64,000 nt of DNA from an uncultured Chloroflexia bacterium. Its GTDB lineage: Bacteria > Chloroflexota > Dehalococcoidia > Dehalococcoidales > RBG-16-60-22. Below are positions 9,478-18,120 of this stretch, piece by piece. A model generated the notes under the pieces. That model was not told where the DNA came from. It was given only the letters and a program-made list of their open reading frames with translations, and made no database searches. Each line of letters starts with the position of its first letter. The stretch's first letter is position 1. The DNA lies in NCBI GenBank assembly GCA_963796365.1, contig CAWCLJ010000004.1, positions 1,721,275-1,785,274 on the forward strand, given 5' to 3'. The position numbers were made by a program, and so were the translations under genes.

Positions 9478-10376
9478 TTAGAGAATACCGCGTAACCGCG
9501 GGTCTAAAGCGTCCCTTGCCCCGTCTCCCAGCATGTTGAAGGCAAAGACGACTAGCATAATGGCCAGGCCGGGAGCAAAGGAGAGGACGGGATGTGGAAG
9601 CAGGAAACGGTAGCCGTCATAGACCATCGAACCCCAGGCGGCGCCCGGCGGCCTGATGCCGATGCCAAGGAAGCTTAGACCGGCTTCCGCCAGGATGACC
9701 GTACCCAGTTGCAGGGTTACCAGCACTATCATCGGCGGCAGGGTGTTGGGCAAAATGTGGCTTAACATAATACGCCGGCTGCCGGCCCCATTCGCTTTTT
9801 CCGCGAGGATATAATCATTTTCTCTGACACTAAGAGTCAGGCCGTGCATGACCCTGGCATATCCAGGGAGGGTGGCGACGGCCAGAGCGATGATAACGTT
9901 CTGGATGCCGCTGCCGAGCACTGCGTCTATCAGAAGGGCCAGCAAAAGCATCGGGAATCCCATCAGCGCATCCATGATTCTCATGACGATCGTATCGGTG
10001 ATACCGCCAAAATAACCGGCCACTAGACCCAGCAAGATTCCCACAATGGCAGCGGATAATGTTGTGACAAACCCCACGATCATGGCTGTTCTTGCGCCAT
10101 AGATGAGCCGGCTTAATGTATCTCTGCCTTCAATATCCGTACCCAGGAGATGATGCAAGGACGGTTGGGCCAGAGATTCATTCAAATTTCCGACGTATGG
10201 GTTATAGGGAGCCAGCAAAGGGGCAAAGATGGCGCAGATAACTAATAGGGATAATATCACAAGCCCGAATATAACCAGCTTGCGTTGAAAGAATACCCGG
10301 CTAAAGCGCCGCCACTCATTGACACGCGCCGGTGCTTCTTTAAACTCCTGTATGCATCGTGGCGTTTTGTCACCAT
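9478..10376 (-). pseudogene. peptide/nickel ABC transporter permease (DppC/OppC-like), 5' frameshift
   Basis: ATG (10376) with an AGGAG SD is in one frame. The conserved N-terminus ...EFKEAPARVNEWRRFSRVFFQRKLVIFGLVILSLLV... is in another frame that has no start codon. The rest (260 aa) is intact. Confidence 0.6.
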
Positions 10377-10385
10377 CTGGATCTC

Positions 10386-11350
10386 CTAGTTGAAACGTAT
10401 CCTGGGGTCAAACCAGCCGTAGGATATATCGACAATTAAGTTGCAGAATATAATTAACGCGGCCAGCGACTAAAGTGCCTGATTGAACAACAACATAGTC
10501 CTGGTCAAATACGCTGGTCACCAGAAGTCTGCCGATACCGGGAATAGCAAATACGGTTTCCACGAGAACGGCACCGCCAAAAACCATGCCAAGACCGATA
10601 CCCATCAAAGTAATCACCGGAATAAGGCTGTTTTTCAGGGCATGTCTTGATGATTATGGTACGTTCGCGCAGGCCCTTGGACCACGCCGTGCGGATATAG
10701 TCCTGCCGGATAATTTCAAGCATGGCGGAACGCGTCTGGCGGGCGGTATACGCCATGCCGCTAATGGCAAGGCAGAAAACCGGCATGATAGCCTGCCTGG
10801 TGCTCAGCCAGAAATCTGTAAATGGTGAAGTATAGCCGTAGATGGGAAGCCAGTGGAGCTTGAGGCCGAGAGTATATATCATCAATATACCCAGCCAGAA
10901 AACGGGGATGGTTATGCCGATATTAGCCAGAGTGGTAGATACCGAATCTATCCAGGTCCCGCGCCTTATGCCGGCCAATCACTCCCAGCAATATGCCAAA
11001 AACATTGGAAATAATGAATGCCATAATACCCAGGTATAGCGTAATGGGAAAACGCTGCTGCCAAAAGAGTATTGATGTTCTGGTGGTAATATATCGAATT
11101 CCCATGTTCCCCCGAAAGATTCCGCCAACCCAGTCAAAATACTGGACCATGAGGGGCTTATCCAGCCCATACTCATGCCGGAAGCCCTGCATCTGCTTCC
11201 TCGGACATGGCGCCGGAAGAGGCCTGCTGCGCCCATGAAAATAACCAGCGGGTCGCCGGGTAAAAGGCGCATCGCGAAAAATACAATCAGAGTCATTAAG
11301 ATGAGAATAAGAACGCCCTGGATCAACCGACGAATGATATATGTTGTCAT
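10386..11350 (-). pseudogene. peptide/nickel ABC transporter permease (DppB/OppB-like), at least 4 frameshifts
   Basis: Conserved pieces lie in different frames: MTTYIIRRLIQGVLILILMTLIVFFAMRLLPGDP / RHEYGLDKPLMVQYFDWVGGIF...ITLYLGIMAFIISNVFGILLGVI / AGIRRGTWIDSVSTTLANIGITIPVFWLG...SKGLRERTII / RHALKNSLIPVITLMGIGLGMVFGGAVLVETVFAIPGIG / NLIVDISYGWFDPRIRFN*. Confidence 0.75.
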
Positions 11351-11538
11351 CTTATACCTAAACCATTATCCAAAATTCATCCTGCTAAAACTAACTTTCG
11401 CTGCTTCGACAGGCTTATCTGTCTTCCATCAAGGGGAATTGATTATCGGTAATCCATGATCTTAACTGTACCGGGTGGCTCGCTTTAAGCGCGGGCCACC
11501 CGGTTTCTTAATTTGACATCCAGTTTTATATATGCTAT

Positions 11539-13217
11539 TTAGTGTTTGTCCATCCAGACTATTTCGGTCTGCCAGCGGGTAAAGCCGGTTGTATACTCTG
11601 TGCTGTGTACCCAGTTTTGCTGGATGACATATGCCCGGGACAGCCATAAATCGGTATGACCAACGTGTTATCGTTGATGTAATGCATGCACTTAACGGTT
11701 TCCGCAGGTTGCTGTGACAGGTCGGTGATGCCCATGGCTTCTACGTCCATCTGGTGCTGCTGGTCCGTGCGGCCCAGGTAGGAGACATAGGTGAAGGGCT
11801 CGGTGCTGAACCAGCGGATGTAGGTCTGCAGGTAGTTGGTATCGCAGCCGCCGGCAAAGTAGAACAGTAAATCCTGGTTGGCTGCGGGTACATTGTCTTT
11901 GCCGTAGGCGGTGCCGAAGAATCGGCCGGCATCGGCCTGGTCAATCGTGACATCAAAACCGACGGCATCAAGCATCTGTTTTACCATGGTGCAGGCATCA
12001 ATCGGGTCAGGCCCGAAGGCGTTAGTGGTCAGTATGCTGACTTTGAGCGGATTGGTAGTAGAATAGCCTTCTTTTGCCAGCAGTGCCTTGGCGTTATCCG
12101 GGCTGAAGGCTTGGCCGGAATTGGCATCATAACCCCATTCACCGTCCCACGGTACGCTCTTCAGGGTCTTGTAAAGTCCATGCCCGATAGCCTTGGTGAT
12201 GGCGTCTTTGTCAATGGCGGCTTCTACCGCTTGCCGTATGTCCAGCTTGGACATGACGCAATCAGGGTTGGCAGTATTGGGCCAGAGGCCCCAGGGGAGA
12301 ATTGGCCAGGCGGCCTGTTCGACATAGCCTTTGGATATCAAATCCACGGCATCTGCCGCCGGGGCGCCCCACATATCGGCTTCGCCAGCTTCGAAAGCGG
12401 CGCGGGCAGTTACGGCATCAGGGATAATTTTATAGTCGATTTCATCAAGATAGGGTTTGCCGGGTTGCCAGTAATTGGGGTTCTTCACCCAGGTCATACT
12501 GACATCAGGCTGGAAATCTTTCAGGATGAAAGGACCGGTGCCGACCAGATGGGAACGGGCCCACTCGATACCTTTTTGCTGATCGCCGCCGGAGGCAGTA
12601 TCCCAGGCCTGTTTGGAGTACATGGCGGTCCACCAGCCCCAGGTGGCCATCATCTGGTTATTGAACTGGGTCATATCGATTATCAGCGTATAATCATCCG
12701 GAGTTCTCATGTCTTTGTAGAAATCAAGATACGGGATGTTCTTGGCATCGATAACCTGCTGAAGGTTCCACTCCGCGACTTCAGAGGTTAGTTGTGAACC
12801 ATCATGGAAGAGGACGCCGTGCCTGATGTGGAAAGTAATGGTAAGAGCGTTCTGGTCAACATCTACGCTCTCGGCCAGGACCGGTTCAACACCGGCAGAC
12901 ATTTCGCCTCGTACACTGGTTGTATCTACCAGTGCTTCCGCGCCCTCGAATATTTCAGCGCGGTCGCCTGGGCCCATCAAAGGTACATAGCTTAATACCT
13001 GGGGGCCGGAGGACGCGATAATTCTAAGTGTTCCGCCGGTTACGGGTGTCTGTGTAGTGGGTGAAGATGAAGTAGGCGCTGATGATGCGGTTGCTGGAGC
13101 TGATGAAGTAGTTGGTGCAGGTGCGGATGTAGAGGTTGTCGAAGAACTGCCGCAGCTGGCAGCCAGCAACCCGCCGACCATAAGTAGCGCAAGTGCTATA
13201 AATAATACTTTTTTCAC
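11539..13217 (-). CDS. ABC transporter substrate-binding lipoprotein (family 5, peptide/nickel), frameshift in the last ~35 codons
   Basis: Lipobox LLAASC followed by an S/T/P-rich linker and an SBP_bac_5-like body. The native-looking C-terminus AYVIQQNWVHSTEYTTGFTRWQTEIVWMDKH* is in another frame, starting around a CCCGGG run near 11640. Confidence 0.7.
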
Positions 13218-14030
13218 GAATGGATTACCTCCTCTTTTAATTGGTTAACCCAGTGCAAAAATCTCACCGTTTTTCTCTATAACTTTTCTCCTTTCTGAAT
13301 TACACATTATGACGGGTTAGTTTCGATTTTTCTCCGGGTACCGATTTTCTTCTGCATTCAATTTGTTGTCATAAGCCATATAAATTTAAAGCACCGGCTG
13401 ATGAATGTTAAGACCGATGCTATTATTTCTGGTAGAATGCTTGGATAAATATAGCACCAACGTAATATTCGTGTCAAATGAGGATAGCATAGAATAATAA
13501 CCGTTTAATATTTGAGAAAATCATCCTAATCAGGTCGCCGGCCCGATTAGGATAATAATTCTATATATCCATATATCTTTTTAATGAATTAAGATAACGC
13601 TATCAAAAAATGTTAATACTTGCGAAAATCACACATATATTGATGAAAATTCCTCTTAATCATTAAAAAGCCTCGTTAGAATAATTTCCTGAAACGGCTT
13701 GCTCCGGTGAATCTTTAAATTTGTTTCAATACCTCCCCAATGTCCTCTTAACAGACCGCAGGCGTTAGTCCGGTGAATTCATGTTTTGAAATAGAACAAG
13801 CGCCGGCGCCTTGAGGCAAATGCAATTACGAATACCTTAATAGGTATGTTTACGAATACCTAACCGGACCGGACGGTTATATCTTTGATTTACGATTGAG
13901 GTTTTTGTGATAATAAATTTTTCTGTGAGACATAATCTTTTACCTTATTTTGTGTTCTGTCCTATCAGGTTTGACCGGTCTTTCCGTACATTTAACCATG
14001 CCGTAAAAATGGCTTTACAGGAAGAAATAT

Positions 14031-15536
14031 ATGTCTTCCCTGTTGGATAGAATCAATCATAACATCGATGAATTGAATCACCTGCCGGAACCGGCGGTAA
14101 ACCCGCCGGCAGCTATAAGTTTTCATGATTCCCCCCGGGTTCAGCTCTTTTTCTTGAGTATCCTCCTTAAACTGGCAAGCTCGGGCATTTCCGGGGTTGG
14201 CTTTTATATGCTGCCGCCGCCCATAGCCGTGCTCGGGCTCCTGTTAACTATTCTCTGGCTGACAATGTTGTTTTTAGTTGCCCTGCCCGGCTCCGCTGCC
14301 GTACTTCAGCGCCAGAGCCGGTGGATGCGGCCGGCGGCCAGAGCGGTTTCATATTTTATCGTTATCGCTGCCGTAGTATGGGCTTCTATCGCTGTCACCA
14401 TAAATGTAAACCGGAATAACCCGGTATCGGCTTTCTTTTCCGGCCAGCCTTCGACAAATGTTCTTAGCTCCCTCCAAACGATTTTCGGATATAATGACGG
14501 GACATCGCTCTGCCAGCAGGCGGCGCAAAATGCCATCAATGGGAAAAATCCCTATGCCAACGCCAATATCGTCACGGCTACCATAACCTACGGCGGTGGG
14601 GATTTGAAAGTCACGCCGTTAAGACGCGGGCAACTCGCCGGCGCTTTTCCTTATCCCAACCTGGCCGAGCTTCAGTCCTTATGGGCGCAGGCATTAAAAC
14701 ACCCGGATGTCATCCCTCCGGAAATTGAATCGAAGCTGAATTACCCTTCAGGGAGTTTCCTTATCCTCATACCTTTTATTCTCATCGGCGTTAACCGCGC
14801 CTGGGAAATATACGCCATCCTCTTGGCCGCGGCGTTTGCCATTACCACCTTTCAGATTAAGGAAAACAACCGCATCATTTTTCTTCTGGCGCTGCTTGTC
14901 AGCGTCGAGTTGCCCAACATGATAGCGGTAGGGGAAACAGGGACGTTGCAGTATCCTTTCTTGCTGCTCGGCTGGGTGCTTATGAAAAAACATTGGCGTA
15001 CTTCTGCTGTTATGATGGGTATTGCGATAAGCATCAAGCAGATAAGCTGGTTTTATTTCCCGTTCTATCTGATTCTTCTTTTAAGAGAAACCGGCATGAA
15101 GCGCTTCCTCGCCGGCGCCGGTATCGCCGCAGGAATTTTCCTGGCGGCCAATCTTCCATTCTTTGTCCTCGCCCCGCGTTTATGGATAAACTCGATTAGC
15201 GCGCCGCTGACCGCCCCGATGTTTCCGCTGGGCATCGGGATTATATCGCTTGTAAGCGGGCACATAATCAATATTCACAATCCACTGCCGTTCACCTTGC
15301 TGGAATGCCTGGCTTTTATAGGCGCCCTTATCTGGTATTACCGATACTGCCGGCGTTTCCCGTATACCGGGCCGCTGCTTGCCGTCCTGTCGCTTTTCTT
15401 CGCCTGGCGGAGCATGTGGTCTTACTTTTTCTTCGCCGATATTATCATGCTGACGATGATTTTGGCGGGCGACTTTGACGCCGGGGAAACTTCTGCCGGT
15501 CAGGATATTAATCGCTTTTTGCGTATAAGCCGGTAA
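14031..15536 (+). CDS. polytopic membrane protein, possibly GT-C type glycosyltransferase (DUF2029/GT87-like)
   Basis: 501 aa, more than 10 TM helices with one large loop. The functional call is weak. Confidence 0.4.
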   Translation: MSSLLDRINHNIDELNHLPEPAVNPPAAISFHDSPRVQLFFLSILLKLASSGISGVGFYMLPPPIAVLGLLLTILWLTMLFLVALPGSAAVLQRQSRWMRPAARAVSYFIVIAAVVWASIAVTINVNRNNPVSAFFSGQPSTNVLSSLQTIFGYNDGTSLCQQAAQNAINGKNPYANANIVTATITYGGGDLKVTPLRRGQLAGAFPYPNLAELQSLWAQALKHPDVIPPEIESKLNYPSGSFLILIPFILIGVNRAWEIYAILLAAAFAITTFQIKENNRIIFLLALLVSVELPNMIAVGETGTLQYPFLLLGWVLMKKHWRTSAVMMGIAISIKQISWFYFPFYLILLLRETGMKRFLAGAGIAAGIFLAANLPFFVLAPRLWINSISAPLTAPMFPLGIGIISLVSGHIINIHNPLPFTLLECLAFIGALIWYYRYCRRFPYTGPLLAVLSLFFAWRSMWSYFFFADIIMLTMILAGDFDAGETSAGQDINRFLRISR

Positions 15537-15685
15537 CCGCCCGTGATACCAATGCCGCGGATATGATTGATACCTTCGATTTTACCAGGAGCCCCCGCCT
15601 CCCGGTCATTTTATCGGCAACCCGGAAGGGCTCGCCTTATCCCCAGCCTTTGCAAACCATCGTGCACCCATAAAAAATAAGTTAA

Positions 15686-15713
15686 GGGTGGGTGTAGCGT
15701 AGCGAAACCCACC
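15686..15713. repeat. REP hairpin flanking the RAYT (3' side)
   Basis: GGGTGGGT-N13-ACCCACC immediately after the RAYT stop. Confidence 0.6.
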
Positions 15714-15715
15714 AA

Positions 15716-16258
15716 TTACTCACCGTCCATCTCAATGATACGCCTGTCTATATTAGTGCCCCAGTTTTGTTCATAAAAACCTTGTTGTACGTATTTTCCA
15801 AAACTGCTGTATTCCCATTCCGATGGTGACTTAACAAGGCCATGTTTAACCGGATTATAATGAATATAATCACAATGCCGGTTAAAATCTTCCTGGTCTC
15901 TGATCAGGTGCTCCCAGAACCTTCTTTGCCAAACACCCGCCTCACCCTTGTTTATTATTGATTCAGGTAAAAGAGTGTCATCGCATTTTTTATACTGTTT
16001 GCTAAATCAGGACTTGATTAACTTCCATCTTGTAGAGTAATCAGTATCTTTTTCCGGGAGCGTCCAAATGGAATGAAGATGGTCTGGTAAGATTACCATA
16101 GCGTCAATTTTCCAGGGAAGTTTCTGCATCACATCTTCGATACAATTACGTAACAAATCAATAGCATTCTTTTGCAGTAATATAGGATATCTTCTATAAC
16201 TTACAACGGTAAAAAAGTAAGTGCCGCCACGCAGATAAAATCTATGGTAATCAGGCAT
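15716..16258 (-). mobile_element. REP-associated tyrosine transposase (RAYT, IS200/IS605-like Y1) with in-frame TGA at 16007-16009
   Basis: YFFTVVSYRR..., [38 protein letters not shown]...GVWQRRFWEHLIRDQEDFNRHCDYIHYNPVKHGLV. HUH and catalytic-Tyr regions are both present, in one 180-codon frame broken by one stop. Confidence 0.75.
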
Positions 16259-16266
16259 AAACTTTT

Positions 16267-16295
16267 GGGTGGGTTACGTTTCACTTCACCCACCC
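16267..16295. repeat. REP hairpin flanking the RAYT (5' side)
   Basis: GGGTGGGT-N13-ACCCACCC. Same stem as the 15686 copy. Confidence 0.6.
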
Positions 16296-16307
16296 CAAAA
16301 ATCCAGC

Positions 16308-17150
16308 TTATCTCTCCGGCTTCGGATAATAATTCAGGGTCCGCCAGTTGACCGTGTTCGTCTCGTAAATCGCGAAAGGCATGGAAATATACCCGCCGTC
16401 AATCACGAGCTCCGTCCCGTTCACGTAGCTGGACTCATCGGAAGCCAGGTAAAGCACACCGTAGGCGATATCTTCCGGCGTCCCCATGCGGTCGAGCGGG
16501 TTGGTGACGGAAAGCATTTCCACCGCGTGCCCGATGCCCTGTTTATCCACCATCTGCGCCAGTTTCCGGAAAAGCGGTGTTTCGATGTTGCCGGGGTGGA
16601 TGGAGTTGAACCTTATCTTGTCCCGCGAATAAATGATGGCGTCTGACTTGGTCATCGCCCGCAGCGCGCCCTTGGAAGCGTCGTAGAAAGAAACATCCGA
16701 CGCGACGATGCCGTATATCGAGCAAATATTAATGACGCTGCCGGGTCCGGTCTTTAAAATGTAATGGATAGCGTACTTGGTGCAAAACCAGGCCCCTTTA
16801 ACGTTGACGTTAAAGACCTTGTCGAAAGCCTCTTCGCTGGCTTTATGGGCCGGGCCGCCCCCCATCCCTATCCCCGCGTTGTTGACCAGGATATGGAGCT
16901 TGCCGTATTTTTTATAAAACGCTTCGAAGGCCTTTTTGACTTCTTCCTCTTTGGAGACGTCCGCGTGCTCGTACATCGCCTCGCCTTTGACCGCTTTGAT
17001 TTCTTTGACGACCCTTTTACCGTTCTCGTCATCGATGTCCACGATGCAAACGGAAGCGCCCTCCTTCGCCAGCAGCTTGGCGGTCCCCTCCCCGATGCCG
17101 TTTCCCCCTCCGGTCACGATGGCCACTTTGCCTTTGACTCTATCTGTCAT
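16308..17150 (-). CDS. SDR-family oxidoreductase
   Basis: VTGGGNGIG Rossmann motif, NNAG, YDASK catalytic motif. 280 aa with a short C-terminal extension. Confidence 0.85.
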   Translation of the reverse strand: MTDRVKGKVAIVTGGGNGIGEGTAKLLAKEGASVCIVDIDDENGKRVVKEIKAVKGEAMYEHADVSKEEEVKKAFEAFYKKYGKLHILVNNAGIGMGGGPAHKASEEAFDKVFNVNVKGAWFCTKYAIHYILKTGPGSVINICSIYGIVASDVSFYDASKGALRAMTKSDAIIYSRDKIRFNSIHPGNIETPLFRKLAQMVDKQGIGHAVEMLSVTNPLDRMGTPEDIAYGVLYLASDESSYVNGTELVIDGGYISMPFAIYETNTVNWRTLNYYPKPER

Positions 17151-17256
17151 TTCTCTCCTTAAAATAACCGGGTTTTACCGGAATTGTTCCCCAACATCAT
17201 ACCATTTTTATTTTTGTTACTGGAAAATAGTTCCGCGTAACGGAAAAACGTAATTT

Positions 17257-17603
17257 GTCATCCTGGGGGATAGTTTACCCTGGTGAGCCGAAGCCCTTGA
17301 GCGAAGCGAAGGGTTGCCGAAGGGGAGGATATCAGGGCGGGGAGGTGTAATTCCCTTTCTAGTCTCTCCCTTTCCCCCGCTCGTCATGCCCGGTCTAATC
17401 GGGAATCCATTTTTAAATGTCATTGCGGGCCATCGCCCGCTCATGGTGAGCTTATAGCCTGCCCTCGAGTGACCTGTCCCGTATGAACGAAGAGAATCGG
17501 GAAGCGAAGGGAACCATGAGATTGCCACGCTTGCGCGCCGCAACGCTTCAGCCTGCAGGCGCGCCTTTCTCCGCCGAAGGCGGATCAATGGCTCGCAATG
17601 ACC
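17257..17603. repeat. concatemer of palindromic intergenic 'word' repeats
   Basis: GTCATCCTGG..GAGCGAAGCGAAGG..ATATCAGGGCGGGGAGG; GTCATGCCCGG..CGGGAATCC; GTCATTGCGGG...; GAGATTGCCACGC...GGCTCGCAATGAC. The same words recur elsewhere in the window. Confidence 0.7.
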
Positions 17604-17686
17604 TATCTAATCCCTACTCCGTCAACCCTTAACCCTCAACCCTATACACTACCCACTATCCACTATTACCTATTTACCATAACTAA

Positions 17687-17885
17687 TGAAAAAACATGGG
17701 TTGAGCCTGAATCGTATCTAAGCTTACCATAATATGTCAAAAAAACGATTCATGCCTGGACCGAGCCTGATTTAACATAATACCCTTAAAAAACGACTCA
17801 CGCCTGATTCGAGATTAGCTTTCCATAATATATCAAAAAACGAATCACGCCTGGGCCGAAGCTAAAATAACATAATGTTGGAATC
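17687..17885. repeat. degenerate ~48-nt tandem repeat, 4-5 units
   Basis: Units share CATAAT(A)N5-8AAAAAACGAnTCAyGCCTG. Unit starts near 17687, 17727, 17776, 17824 and 17871. Confidence 0.6.
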
Positions 17886-18120
17886 GAACTTCTCATAGCT
17901 GTCTCACGTTCACACATATCCATCTTCATTTCTTTTGACAGCATATATTAGCACGGGTGTTCTAAACATGTCAATAGCATTTTGTCACAAATTAGCTTCG
18001 GCTTAGCTTCAAAATATTTTTCTCCTCCATCAAAACAGTAAGTCCCCGGGGAGGAATTCCGGGGACCTACCAGAGAGTTAAGGCTCGCGCCTCATGAAAG
18101 CATATAAATATGGGTACAGG

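Noticed and set aside
17217-17588. 123-aa ORF on the minus strand. The ORFs 38030..38542(-) and 43690..43911(-) are similar cases.
   Set aside because: They are translations of palindromic/GC-rich repeat elements (recurrent ...PRQR..LDS and R/G/P-rich strings) with no start context.
17687-17885. CRISPR array.
   Set aside because: The repeat cores are short (about 20 nt) and differ between units, unit length varies, and there are no cas genes in the window.
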